From a virus (taxonomy: Duplodnaviria > Caudoviricetes): 64,000 nucleotides of DNA. The notes under the pieces were generated by a model. The model had not been told where the DNA came from. It saw only the letters and a program-made list of their open reading frames with translations, and searched no databases. The translations under genes and the position numbers were made by a program. Position 1 is the stretch's first letter. Every line of letters starts with the position of its first letter. Positions 18,533 through 28,244 of the stretch are shown here, in pieces. Location: the IMG/VR virus record IMGVR_UViG_3300025000_000057; one strand, given 5' to 3'.

Positions 18533-18814
18533 ATGAAAGACTTATACTGGCTATGCCTATGTGGTACTTGCTTATATTATACCTGTGTTTTATCACGCAA
18601 TATGGGCAATGTGAGTGATATACCTTGCGAGGATTGCCTAACTTATAAAGATAATAGTAGGTATCATGAATTTAAGAAACCTATACCATGGCATAAGTGT
18701 ATAACATGTAAGAATCTTTCAGAGTTTATTAATCATTCTGGCAATTGTTATACATGTATAAAAGCCTATATGAATTCAGATACACTGGTTTATTATAAAG
18801 GAGGTATACTATGA
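18533..18814 (+). CDS. Cys-rich paralogue 7
   Basis: CGTCLYYTC..PCEDC..YHEFKKPIPWHKCITC..CYTCIKAY. Confidence 0.75.
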   Translation: MKDLYWLCLCGTCLYYTCVLSRNMGNVSDIPCEDCLTYKDNSRYHEFKKPIPWHKCITCKNLSEFINHSGNCYTCIKAYMNSDTLVYYKGGIL

Positions 18815-19605
18815 AGAGTTTACCATGGGTTGATTTCACACGTCGTAACGATCCGGCGCATCCATTCGGGCCCGTACTGCTGCAAAAGAGTCTTGATAGG
18901 TACGGTGCATATGTTTTCTGTTTCTGGACTAAGAATCCTGGTACTGTTGCTGATTTATATCGTAATCAGATAAGTCAAATGATGTCCAAAGATACACTCG
19001 TACTGGCGCAGGTGACACTTAATAATTATTCCAGTATAATGGAGCCGGGTGTTCCGAGTTTTAATACACGCTATCAAGGATTGGATAGATTACTTCGCCT
19101 AATTGGAGGGCCTGGGCATATTAAGCTCAGAATCGATCCTATTATCTTAGGTTATACTACTCCTAACATGATCCGCACCTCCCTAGAGGCTGGACGTAGT
19201 TTGGGTATACGCAGGTTTGTTATGAACTTCTTAGTACCTAGCTATAAAGGCGTAGGTAATATACTTATTCATAGAGGTTTGATACGACCTAATGACCTTA
19301 CTCCATCTCAAGAACGTATCCTTAGTACGGCTCGCTTTGTTTCCGAAGAGGCACAACGAGTAGGAGCTATTCTACAGGTATGTGCCGAAAGTAACTGGAT
19401 TGGTCAACATGTATCTGGCATTCAAATAGCATCATGTTCAGATCCGACTTGGGCTACACAGGTTAGACCCGAGTTAACCGGTATCTTTAAAGCAAATCCA
19501 TCCCGTAAAGACTGTGGTTGTTGTTACTCGGCCGACTGGGGAGTGTATGCTTCACGAGGTGGATATGTTTGCCCAGGAGGTTGTTTATACTGTTACGCTC
19601 AGTAA
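18811..19605 (+). CDS. DUF1848-like (radical-SAM-related) protein
   Basis: FWTKNP, LRIDPII, terminal C-x3-CLYCYA. Confidence 0.65.
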   Translation: MKSLPWVDFTRRNDPAHPFGPVLLQKSLDRYGAYVFCFWTKNPGTVADLYRNQISQMMSKDTLVLAQVTLNNYSSIMEPGVPSFNTRYQGLDRLLRLIGGPGHIKLRIDPIILGYTTPNMIRTSLEAGRSLGIRRFVMNFLVPSYKGVGNILIHRGLIRPNDLTPSQERILSTARFVSEEAQRVGAILQVCAESNWIGQHVSGIQIASCSDPTWATQVRPELTGIFKANPSRKDCGCCYSADWGVYASRGGYVCPGGCLYCYAQ

Positions 19606-19614
19606 CACCAACAG

Positions 19615-19654
19615 TTATTATACCCACTGTTGACTGCAACAGTGGGTATAATAA
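19615..19654. repeat. Perfect 18-bp inverted repeat
   Basis: ttattatacccactgttg-actg-caacagtgggtataataa. Confidence 0.85.
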
Positions 19655-19682
19655 TATATAGAGTTTAAAGGAGGTCGTTATA

Positions 19683-19994
19683 ATGGCTAATAATACTGCC
19701 ATGGATAAAACAATTGCCGTACTAACTGCGCTTCGGGCTGGTCAGGAAGTTCTTATTGGTGACTACATTTTCGTTTATGATGAAGAAGATGATAAAATTG
19801 GTATTCTAGTTGATGTACATGATGCATCTAAGGGTGAGGATTATCAAGCAATACACTTCTTAGCTGACAACTTTAGTATCCAATGGCTGATGAATGCCTG
19901 TAATAAGATGTCTAATGGAGATCTCCTTATATTGACAGCAACAAAGGTACTTACTTCACTGAATAAGAGGAGGGATACCAAATGCGCGAAGTAA
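19683..19994 (+). CDS. Hypothetical protein
   Basis: AAAGGAGGT RBS. Confidence 0.75.
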   Translation: MANNTAMDKTIAVLTALRAGQEVLIGDYIFVYDEEDDKIGILVDVHDASKGEDYQAIHFLADNFSIQWLMNACNKMSNGDLLILTATKVLTSLNKRRDTKCAK

Positions 19995-21655
19995 CCGGTG
20001 ATATATTTGAAATTGGTCGTTACGGTATTATCTGTGTTACCACTAATGGCGTCGTTAAGAAGGACGGCGCCTTGGTTATGGGTAAGGGAGTTGCTCTTAA
20101 CTTTGCTAATAAGTTTCCCACTATGGCGGAAAAACTTGGTCAACTAGTTAAAGCAAACGGTAACCATGTATACAGTCTCGGTTCGTTAGTACCAATAGAC
20201 GATCCGAGTATAAGTTATACTGTTGTTAGCTTCCCCACTAAGGCACATTGGCGCGACAACTCTACTGTTGCACTGGTTACTAAATCGGCTGCTGAGTTAA
20301 AAGCACTTGCTGATTCCCAAGCTTGGCCCGGGCCTATATACCTACCGGTTCCCGGATGTGGTAATGGAGGTCTTAACTGGGGAGAATTGAAACAGTTATT
20401 GCCATCTTATCTTGATGATAGATTTGTAATTGTTCACTATAGTAACTCTGTGCAACAAAATACACAACCCGCTGCTCAGCCGGGTACCCAAGTAACTACT
20501 CAGACTACCACTCTTGAATGTAGCTCTCAAGGAGATAATCGGTTCAGCGCATTTGGCGCACATGTAAATGCGCTTGGCAATAAGATAGAGATGCTCTATC
20601 AAGAGGCTAAACGTTTTACCGATGACCCAAATGAGGGCCCGACCGATTGGAGAAATGCCAAGGGCCGGCCGGTAGTGGCCGTAAGTCTTAATGGTAAGAG
20701 GTTTGGGCCTGAATATCTTACACCGTGGTACTGGTATCTTTGGACTCGGTATTTCCTTGAGAATCCAGATTTATTACAATACGCTCGTCAATTTAATACT
20801 TTTACGGATATGTTCCGTGGTAAGAGTACGAACTGCCAGGCAGATGTAATTGCATTCATGGCTAAGAATGGCCTTAATCCAATAATGGCTAAACCAGCAT
20901 ATCAAGAGATTGATCAATTATTCAATCTTAATTACTTATTTAAGAATCCTACACCGGAGCCGGGTGCTACTCCTGTATATATGTTAAATAGAACTATCAA
21001 AGAGGGATGTAGTGATATTCTCACATGTATGGTTACCGGTCACCGCCCGAATGGTATTAATGGGAAAGCCGGCTGGAACTTTGGAGATTCTCGTAATCAA
21101 AAGTTAATCACATACTTATCCACAGTTGTTAATAAGATGGCTATGGAGAATGGTACCCGGATATTCATAGAGGGAATAGCAGCTGGCGGAGATTTGTTAT
21201 TTACCAGAGCTGTACTTGATGTGAGTCATTTGCATCCGGAGTATAACCTGCAGCTTTGGAACTACATCCCGTATCCATGTGCGCCGGATAGACTTAAGTA
21301 TCAATGGAAAGCAGTTCTTGATAGCGCATTAAACCATCCAGGTGAGACAGTAATATGTAGTCCTGACCCTGTTGGTAAAGATGATAAAGAGCAGCGCATT
21401 GATGCAGCTAAGAAACTCTTCTATCGTAATGAGTGTATGGTGCGTACGTTACCCGTTCTTCCGAATGTCGGTATGATTATTGCCATATATTCAGGTTTAC
21501 AACCCGGGTTATATGCTATCGAGCAAATCGCTCAGCTAATGGATCCAAAGACCAAGGGTGGTACAGCTAATACACTCTTGACAGCTGTTAAGAGATGGAA
21601 AGAGGATAAGAACTTTCAACCTAAGATTCTCGTTGTCAATCCTAACAACTTCTAA
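19982..21655 (+). CDS. Three-domain fusion: Macro + central phage domain + YspA/SLOG-like
   Basis: Macro: GDIF..VTTNG..MGKGVA..FPTK.HW..PGCGNGGL. Middle: CSSQGDNRFSAF..IEMLYQEAK..WRNAKG. SLOG: MVTGHRP..IEGIAAGGD..GGTANT. Confidence 0.7.
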   Translation: MREVTGDIFEIGRYGIICVTTNGVVKKDGALVMGKGVALNFANKFPTMAEKLGQLVKANGNHVYSLGSLVPIDDPSISYTVVSFPTKAHWRDNSTVALVTKSAAELKALADSQAWPGPIYLPVPGCGNGGLNWGELKQLLPSYLDDRFVIVHYSNSVQQNTQPAAQPGTQVTTQTTTLECSSQGDNRFSAFGAHVNALGNKIEMLYQEAKRFTDDPNEGPTDWRNAKGRPVVAVSLNGKRFGPEYLTPWYWYLWTRYFLENPDLLQYARQFNTFTDMFRGKSTNCQADVIAFMAKNGLNPIMAKPAYQEIDQLFNLNYLFKNPTPEPGATPVYMLNRTIKEGCSDILTCMVTGHRPNGINGKAGWNFGDSRNQKLITYLSTVVNKMAMENGTRIFIEGIAAGGDLLFTRAVLDVSHLHPEYNLQLWNYIPYPCAPDRLKYQWKAVLDSALNHPGETVICSPDPVGKDDKEQRIDAAKKLFYRNECMVRTLPVLPNVGMIIAIYSGLQPGLYAIEQIAQLMDPKTKGGTANTLLTAVKRWKEDKNFQPKILVVNPNNF

Positions 21656-21666
21656 GGAGGCATAAC

Positions 21667-22569
21667 ATGACTATATTAAGAAAACCACACGGTTCAGCTC
21701 AGTTATTAGCTGAGAATCGTGCTAGTCTAGTGATTGAACAGATGACAATAACCCCGCTATTTCCGGCGGGGTTTACCTTTACCGGTACTTCCGGCGCAGC
21801 TGAAGTAATCGCTCATGGGCAATATGTCATGGGCAACGAAGAGCAGACTAAGATTACAGTACCGACATATATGGTTCGTACCGGAGATGGTAGAGAGGTA
21901 GCTTGTCGTACCCGCCACATCTTGAGTAATCTCAGTGGTTGTGAGATAGAGCATTTACCAGAGCGAGAGCATATTGCACTTGTTGAATTTGATAAATGTC
22001 AATTCTTAATAGACCCTTTCGGCAAAGGTACACAGATAGACGACCCTACATTTCATGTGTTGTATACGGACAGTTACGGTTGGCCTATACATGATGTTGT
22101 ATTAAGAGCTGTAGCTCGTTTGGTACATTTCATAGATGATATACCACCATTAGGTAGTCCATTTATTCGTATAGCTAATAGTACTAATTGTGCAAACTGC
22201 GGAGCTATAAGAAGATTAAGTACTACCGATGCCGTAATGGGTGATGTTGCAGCCAATATGTACAGTACAGGCACTTGGGATAAGTCAGGCCCGAATAAGA
22301 ATAATATACATTGCTCATGGCTAGGCAACCCGAACCCGGAGTGGGAGTTAATTTGTCAAACTAAAAACAGAGCTTTCTCTAGGGATGAGAAGAGACCTGA
22401 AGCGTGGCTTAATGATATAAATCATAATTGTGCTAAGTTTTACAACGATGATTCACCTGTGAATTTCGCTGGACTTGTCATAGAACGGGATGATAAAACC
22501 GGCTGTACTTATATTGAGGTGCCTGGTTGGGATATTGAAATGTACGAGAATTATACACGTAAGGCGTAG
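21667..22569 (+). CDS. Hypothetical protein with dispersed Cys
   Basis: 300 aa, AAGGAGG RBS. Confidence 0.75.
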   Translation: MTILRKPHGSAQLLAENRASLVIEQMTITPLFPAGFTFTGTSGAAEVIAHGQYVMGNEEQTKITVPTYMVRTGDGREVACRTRHILSNLSGCEIEHLPEREHIALVEFDKCQFLIDPFGKGTQIDDPTFHVLYTDSYGWPIHDVVLRAVARLVHFIDDIPPLGSPFIRIANSTNCANCGAIRRLSTTDAVMGDVAANMYSTGTWDKSGPNKNNIHCSWLGNPNPEWELICQTKNRAFSRDEKRPEAWLNDINHNCAKFYNDDSPVNFAGLVIERDDKTGCTYIEVPGWDIEMYENYTRKA

Positions 22570-22571
22570 AG

Positions 22572-22605
22572 TTAAGGCCGCTGTTGAAACAAACAGCGGC
22601 CTTAA
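22572..22605. repeat. Perfect 14-bp inverted repeat
   Basis: ttaaggccgctgtt-gaaaca-aacagcggccttaa. Confidence 0.8.
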
Positions 22606-22633
22606 TATATAAATATAAAAGGAGGACTTTAAA

Positions 22634-25093
22634 ATGGCACTTAGTAGTAGAAGAAGAGGTTCCGGCGTTATAATAGAGAGAACCGATGAAGAAAGAAACA
22701 GAAAAGACACGGAAGGTATTTCAATCGTGTTAAACAGTAATCACTCTGTGTATACCACAAACCGTCGGGTAGACGAGAATTGGATTAAAGTACGTCCGTT
22801 CTTTCCCGAGGATTTACCGGTTGACACCTGGGCTAAAGATGGCGCTTGTTGCAGCCTGTTACGCAGCTCTAGAATTATTGAGAACCCTGAGCATTTAGAG
22901 AAATGGATGCAAGAAGGTGCTTACTCTAAGCTCGAACACCGTATTAAGAAAGAAATCCAGCAAGCTCAATACGCTGGTGTAATATCCGAACACGACTATA
23001 TTCTGATGGAAGATAGTATGGGTACCGGAGATACATTTGATATATTAGTAGCTCATACTTGTTTGAATAAAGCTCGTTATGCTTTAAATACAGTCTTACT
23101 TAAGAAAGAGGCTGAACGTAAAGCAGCAGAGGCTAAGAAAGAAGCAGAGACTAATGCGCCTATCGTAACGAATTATCATAAGCTAAATCCAATTGCTACT
23201 CCTAAAGTTACCTATATAGATTTGCCTAAGTATTGCGATCCGGTCTTAACTGATAACTACTTACACAGACGTTACATGGCTCACCTAGATAGCCTTGGCA
23301 CCTGGAAAGGTAACGTTCTTGATGAATTACCGCCACTCGAATGGGGTAACAATCCGGCCCCTAAAATGTATTCAGAGACTAAAGGTGGATATCGTAACCG
23401 CACCAACCTTAGAGGTCTTGTGCTTGAGCATCCTAATATGTTCATCTTCGAGGCTTACAAAATCGTTCAGATGAAAGACGATCAAATCGGTGTAAGCGGA
23501 ACAGAATCGATCTATAAGAGTGATGGTAGTGTTAAGAGAAAACGTAGAATAGTTCCTATCGAAGAGTTATCTTACGAAGGAACTCCTATACTTGATTATA
23601 TAAGAAGTGTAGCTCCTACCTCGATTCAAGATAGTAGCCGTCATAACGAAGAGCTGTTTACTAAGAGTGAAGAGTGTCCTATTACCGAACGTGATGATGT
23701 TTATGTACATGCTGGCTTTGGTTTTGTAACACTCGTACGTATGACTAACAATGGTAAAGTAATCGTTCGTCGACTGGTTGATGATGAACGCGACTTAGTT
23801 GGTACTAAGTTTGACATCTATATGGAAATGCATTCTCAGAATGCTGTCAATCAGTTACCTGGAGAAATGGGTGTCCATATTGTAGAGTATTCAGAAATCA
23901 TACCTATTAAGAACTTGGTAGAGATCGGTATGAATAATAAAGAACTGTATCAGGTCTGTAATGTAAGACTTGCCACAAATGATAAAGAAGCTACAATTAT
24001 GGCCCGCCAGCCGGCTAAAGGTCTTGACGAGTTTGTTTATATTGTTAGCAACTTACCACTCAGACCAAAGCTCGATCTTTACAGCAAGGTACCAGTCCGT
24101 GATATCAATGGAGATTTGATGCTTCATAATGGTCAACCTATCTTAATCCATCCTCAAAAGAGTAAGATTATCAAAAAGTATGATGCTACTCTTAACATCA
24201 CAGTTGAACAAAGAGTACAAGCTTGGGAGCCACCAAGCGTCCTGGTTATAGGAGAAGAGAGTGGCAAACTAAGCGTAGTACCAGCTGCTTGGTTATATAA
24301 ACTCACCGGAAATACCAATTATATACCATTCTCAACAACCCGTAGTTACGATTCCGCTACTAAACGAATGGTTCCAATTACTGTTCGTTATCCAGAAATA
24401 CCTAGTGTATCTGCATGGGAGGATAGAAACGTATTTGACCATCACTTGTTTACTATGAAGATGAGAGCTGCAGCTAAAGGTAAACCCGAGCCTGGTAGTT
24501 TCTCAATCTTACCAACTCCAGCACCTGGTGAAGATTATCGCACAGTTCTTCCTATCCGTGAGAAATTCGTAAACTTCGAGCCATACAGATGGGTAGACCC
24601 CAAGAAACAAGTAAACATTCTTGACAGCCATATAGACGGTTATAATCCGGAAGATACTGGTTGGGATACCGAATGGCAATTTAGAGCACACGAGCCGGGC
24701 GACTGGATAGCAGAAGCTAGTATAGCTGAGGTATTCGCAGTAGCCGCTCCTAGTCATGAGAGGATCATGGCTAACACAAACCAAGAGGCATGGTACTGGA
24801 CTTACAATGCTTGCACAGCAAGACAGGCTGGTATCGATAATCTGGCGCTCAATTGGACAACTCCTGCGAGTAATGGTATAATTGCTACAGTGACATGTAA
24901 CATTGATAGCCATCCTATAACCGCTAATATACAGGTCGTTAAACCTGGTGAGATTGGTTTTGACGCAGGCCTTACTAATGAGCAAACAGCATTTATCTTA
25001 AGATTCGTAAGTTATAAACATGCAGAGGCTCGCGCAATGAGATTACAGCAACAAGATACAGCACAAGTTGCGGTGTCGTTAAAAGACCGTTAA
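22634..25093 (+). CDS. Large hypothetical protein (819 aa)
   Basis: AAAGGAGG RBS; no motif recognised. Confidence 0.8.
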   Translation: MALSSRRRGSGVIIERTDEERNRKDTEGISIVLNSNHSVYTTNRRVDENWIKVRPFFPEDLPVDTWAKDGACCSLLRSSRIIENPEHLEKWMQEGAYSKLEHRIKKEIQQAQYAGVISEHDYILMEDSMGTGDTFDILVAHTCLNKARYALNTVLLKKEAERKAAEAKKEAETNAPIVTNYHKLNPIATPKVTYIDLPKYCDPVLTDNYLHRRYMAHLDSLGTWKGNVLDELPPLEWGNNPAPKMYSETKGGYRNRTNLRGLVLEHPNMFIFEAYKIVQMKDDQIGVSGTESIYKSDGSVKRKRRIVPIEELSYEGTPILDYIRSVAPTSIQDSSRHNEELFTKSEECPITERDDVYVHAGFGFVTLVRMTNNGKVIVRRLVDDERDLVGTKFDIYMEMHSQNAVNQLPGEMGVHIVEYSEIIPIKNLVEIGMNNKELYQVCNVRLATNDKEATIMARQPAKGLDEFVYIVSNLPLRPKLDLYSKVPVRDINGDLMLHNGQPILIHPQKSKIIKKYDATLNITVEQRVQAWEPPSVLVIGEESGKLSVVPAAWLYKLTGNTNYIPFSTTRSYDSATKRMVPITVRYPEIPSVSAWEDRNVFDHHLFTMKMRAAAKGKPEPGSFSILPTPAPGEDYRTVLPIREKFVNFEPYRWVDPKKQVNILDSHIDGYNPEDTGWDTEWQFRAHEPGDWIAEASIAEVFAVAAPSHERIMANTNQEAWYWTYNACTARQAGIDNLALNWTTPASNGIIATVTCNIDSHPITANIQVVKPGEIGFDAGLTNEQTAFILRFVSYKHAEARAMRLQQQDTAQVAVSLKDR

Positions 25094-25103
25094 GGTTATA
25101 GCA

Positions 25104-25355
25104 ATGCGGGAGGAATTAGAAATGAAAAAATATGCAGAGGAAATTGAAGGTTATATATTTGTGGGTAATACGCCCACTGGAGGAGATTTATCAGAATTAA
25201 AAAATATAAAATATATAATTGGAGATCTTGCTTTAGATATTCATAGGAAAAAGTTAGATAAGAATTATATGTTACCTTTGTTTGTTAAAAAAGAAAGTTA
25301 TAACGAATATAACAGAATAATGGAGGATCAAATGAGAAAAATTCGTGAAAGATAG
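25104..25355 (+). CDS. Hypothetical protein
   Basis: 83 aa; start may be ATG 25122 after GGGAGG. Confidence 0.65.
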   Translation: MREELEMKKYAEEIEGYIFVGNTPTGGDLSELKNIKYIIGDLALDIHRKKLDKNYMLPLFVKKESYNEYNRIMEDQMRKIRER

Positions 25356-25362
25356 TAAGTCA

Positions 25363-25400
25363 TTCTTATCAGCCTGTTAATAAAAACAGGCTGATAAGAA
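25363..25400. repeat. Perfect 16-bp inverted repeat
   Basis: ttcttatcagcctgtt-aataaa-aacaggctgataagaa. Confidence 0.85.
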
Positions 25401-25420
25401 GTATATAATGGTGGTGAAAC

Positions 25421-26251
25421 ATGGCTAAGGAAGCTAACTTGAATAACGTTACGCAACAGATTATTGATGCACTTAAAGTTCACGGATTTAAGATACAGTA
25501 TTATAAGAGTTACTCTACTAATAGCTTTTATCTAAAGTTAGATTATGGAGTATCTCATAGTATAAGGATAAGTGACCATAAAGGGAAGAGTCATCTTAAC
25601 TATCGTTTTAATATCGGGCCTCATATCACCGATTACGAAGTTCGTAAGACACCTCCACCGGATTACTGGCCAATGTACTTCTATCCAATAACACAGTTTA
25701 AGCGCATGATTCAGCAGATAGTTCAGGTACGGGATAATGTAATAAAGAAATACGGGAAGGAAAGGTATAAAACTCTTATGCAGACAAATCTAGAGAAGAA
25801 CCAGCATAAGAGAGGCTTTTGGGCTCAGAGTAAAGAACTATGGGAGGGAGATATCATGACCGGTAAGGGTAAATTCATTACATGTCATATGAGTCAGCTA
25901 TCAAGAATTGATGCTGATATTAAAATTGCTGGTACTATTAAACAGATTAACAGTTCCGATATTCTATGGATTCCGCAGCTAGGCCCGGATGAAGAGTTAT
26001 TTAACATGTTTAAGGATTGGAAAGAGGCTGGTAAGTGGCCCGAAATGTGGCCTGAATATCTAGTTCGCTTTCAAAAGTTAATGACCGGCCCGGTTATGCT
26101 GCCGTATTTAAACCGGTTAAAGCTAAGGCTAAGCGAGGGTAAGAAGATTGCTTTTGGTTGTTTTTGCGCTAAGAAAGATGTTCTGTTCTGCCATCGCAGT
26201 ATAGTAGCTGACGATATGAAAAATAGTGGCTTTGAAATTATATTAGGCTAG
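25421..26251 (+). CDS. Two-domain protein with C-terminal DUF488-like domain
   Basis: N-terminal SFYLKLD..SIRISDH; C-terminal LGPDEELF..W..Y..RF..GCFC..CHRSIVA. Confidence 0.6.
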   Translation: MAKEANLNNVTQQIIDALKVHGFKIQYYKSYSTNSFYLKLDYGVSHSIRISDHKGKSHLNYRFNIGPHITDYEVRKTPPPDYWPMYFYPITQFKRMIQQIVQVRDNVIKKYGKERYKTLMQTNLEKNQHKRGFWAQSKELWEGDIMTGKGKFITCHMSQLSRIDADIKIAGTIKQINSSDILWIPQLGPDEELFNMFKDWKEAGKWPEMWPEYLVRFQKLMTGPVMLPYLNRLKLRLSEGKKIAFGCFCAKKDVLFCHRSIVADDMKNSGFEIILG

Positions 26252-26253
26252 TC

Positions 26254-26287
26254 TTTGTTTGCCTGTTAATAAAAACAGGCAAACAAA
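26254..26287. repeat. Perfect 14-bp inverted repeat
   Basis: tttgtttgcctgtt-aataaa-aacaggcaaacaaa. Confidence 0.8.
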
Positions 26288-26313
26288 ACTTGTATATTAG
26301 GGAGGTAGCGTTT

Positions 26314-26745
26314 ATGGATAGATTCATGTATTTTAATAAGCTCAGTGCTATGGTTGCAATATCTAAAGAAATGCCTAAAGTCGAAGTTCCGATTATGAGA
26401 TTTACAAATAGGGTGTATTCGACTAGTGAGATATATAACAGTGAGTGGAGAATAGAGTCTACAAAAGCTTCCAGGTTAACTCTAATAGATCCTACTGGAG
26501 AAAGACGCAGGATCAAATATGGTATATACCACCAGGCTATAAATTACAGCTCCTGGAGTGAATACGATATTGCACTTGCAGATGCAAAGAGAAATGGGAT
26601 TGTATCGGCTAATCGTACCTATATTGGCAAATTTCTTGGCTATTTGCCAGAAGTGTCATCGGTACCGTTATATATATTGGGAAGGGAGAATAAACATGAC
26701 AGGTGTCAACTTGGAACTATACACAACGAAAGACGAGTTAATTAA
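26314..26745 (+). CDS. Hypothetical protein
   Basis: Start moved to ATG 26314 after GGGAGGT. Confidence 0.7.
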   Translation: MDRFMYFNKLSAMVAISKEMPKVEVPIMRFTNRVYSTSEIYNSEWRIESTKASRLTLIDPTGERRRIKYGIYHQAINYSSWSEYDIALADAKRNGIVSANRTYIGKFLGYLPEVSSVPLYILGRENKHDRCQLGTIHNERRVN

Positions 26746-26968
26746 ACTTCACAAGCATACCCCAATTGGAATTGCAATCAAAGCCTGGACTAAAGAAGGC
26801 TGTCCGCCTGAAGCGATTTATCATATCTCGGTACCATTTGAGGTTTGTACGCTTAAGGACGATAATGAGGTTATTGTCGAACCGACTATGGTAAAGTACA
26901 ACGAAATTAGTACCAGGTTTATCATAGCTGCTTCAACAATGCCGATAGATTTATCTAAGATTCAGTAA
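26696..26968 (+). CDS. Hypothetical protein
   Basis: Start moved to ATG 26696 after AGGGAG. Confidence 0.65.
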   Translation: MTGVNLELYTTKDELIKLHKHTPIGIAIKAWTKEGCPPEAIYHISVPFEVCTLKDDNEVIVEPTMVKYNEISTRFIIAASTMPIDLSKIQ

Positions 26969-26975
26969 ATCCCGA

Positions 26976-27005
26976 GCCTCCTTCGGGAGGTTCGTTCCCC
27001 TTTTT
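26976..27005 (+). terminator. Intrinsic terminator-like hairpin
   Basis: gagcctcc-ttcg-ggaggttc followed by a T run. Confidence 0.65.
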
Positions 27006-27082
27006 AAATCCGTCAAGACTTTGCGAGGTAAGACGGGGCAAACGATTTGTGAGGTGAGTTTAAGTAGTAAGGAGGTAGTTCT

Positions 27083-27415
27083 ATGAGTGTATGTTTAGAA
27101 GACTACACGAATATGACAGATGAATCATTTATTACTATTTATACTATAGTTGCAGCATCTATAGCCTACGAAACGGTAAGAGAAAGAGAGGCTAAGATTG
27201 TAGTTAATTTAGGACTCTTGAAAGCAATGTCCGAGGCTATCATAAGTAAAACTCCGGGATACATTACGGCGTGTCTCAGGTTTGCAAGAGAGCTAACCGG
27301 TCAAAGAATACCTATCTCTGTAATAGTACAAGTTCATAGGGATAAGGTATGGCTAGGATTTGAGCCTGAGCATGGCTGGTATGCAACGGAAGAAAAACTA
27401 TTGTATGCTCGCTAA
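27083..27415 (+). CDS. Hypothetical protein
   Basis: AAGGAGGT RBS. Confidence 0.75.
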   Translation: MSVCLEDYTNMTDESFITIYTIVAASIAYETVREREAKIVVNLGLLKAMSEAIISKTPGYITACLRFARELTGQRIPISVIVQVHRDKVWLGFEPEHGWYATEEKLLYAR

Positions 27416-27452
27416 TTGTCAGTTAGCTTGGGGTTAATAAGGAGTAGTTACA

Positions 27453-27620
27453 ATGAATCAGAAAGAAAAGATAGAGTTATTAAAACGTATTATCTTAGAG
27501 ATTATGCCTGTTTATGATAAACCCTGTTCTGTGAAACATGGATTAAAGCCTTTATTACCATGTGATAAGTATAACTCATGTGATGATTGTTGGAAAGATG
27601 CATTAAGCTTAGTTAAATAA
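27453..27620 (+). CDS. 55-aa Cys-containing protein (not in ORF track)
   Basis: AAGGAG RBS; MNQKEKIELL...CDDCWKDALSLVK*. Confidence 0.65.
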   Translation: MNQKEKIELLKRIILEIMPVYDKPCSVKHGLKPLLPCDKYNSCDDCWKDALSLVK

Positions 27621-27632
27621 GGAGGAATTCTA

Positions 27633-28229
27633 ATGGAATTCTCAGCACGATTTGCAACTAAAAGTTCTTCAGGAAGTGTTATTAATATGAAAGAAGAGAA
27701 AATAGGTATGAGTGCCGTTTGTGTAATAAGAGAGCAGCTTGGGGTTAATCTACCTATCGAGAAGATTTCGGATACAATTTGTAAGAAGGTTGAGAAAGAT
27801 CTGAAGATCTTTCTTACCGAAGAGCAGGTACAAAATATACTCAATATTAACCCTGTAGTGGGTTTCATGGACACTAATAGCATTAACGTATTCGTTTCCG
27901 ATAAGTATTTTAATGCCGGAGTTTGTAAAAAGGTATACTCGAATCGAAATATTATCGATGATGGAATTTCATCAGCTGGTATTGAGTACCGTATCAATGA
28001 AGAATATATCATTGAAGCATGGATGTTTGCCGGCTGTCCTTTAGAGTGGACAGAAGATGATACTTCAGATCCTATTGCAATAGAAATTGAGGATATGCAG
28101 GAACCTGATAATTTACATCTTGTTAGTACTCTCAAGCGTATTGTCGGAGGAAATGCACAAAGCGTTATTTGTAGCCATTGTGGTATGTCTTTTATATTAG
28201 ATGAAAAATCGCATGTTAATAAGAGTTAA
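27633..28229 (+). CDS. Hypothetical protein with C-terminal CxxC
   Basis: AAGGAGG RBS. Confidence 0.75.
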   Translation: MEFSARFATKSSSGSVINMKEEKIGMSAVCVIREQLGVNLPIEKISDTICKKVEKDLKIFLTEEQVQNILNINPVVGFMDTNSINVFVSDKYFNAGVCKKVYSNRNIIDDGISSAGIEYRINEEYIIEAWMFAGCPLEWTEDDTSDPIAIEIEDMQEPDNLHLVSTLKRIVGGNAQSVICSHCGMSFILDEKSHVNKS

Positions 28230-28244
28230 GAAAGGAAGTTTGCA

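Noticed and set aside
27030-27065. c-di-GMP-I riboswitch (GGCAAAC)
   Set aside because: It lacks the GNRA-capped P2 and tetraloop-receptor P3.
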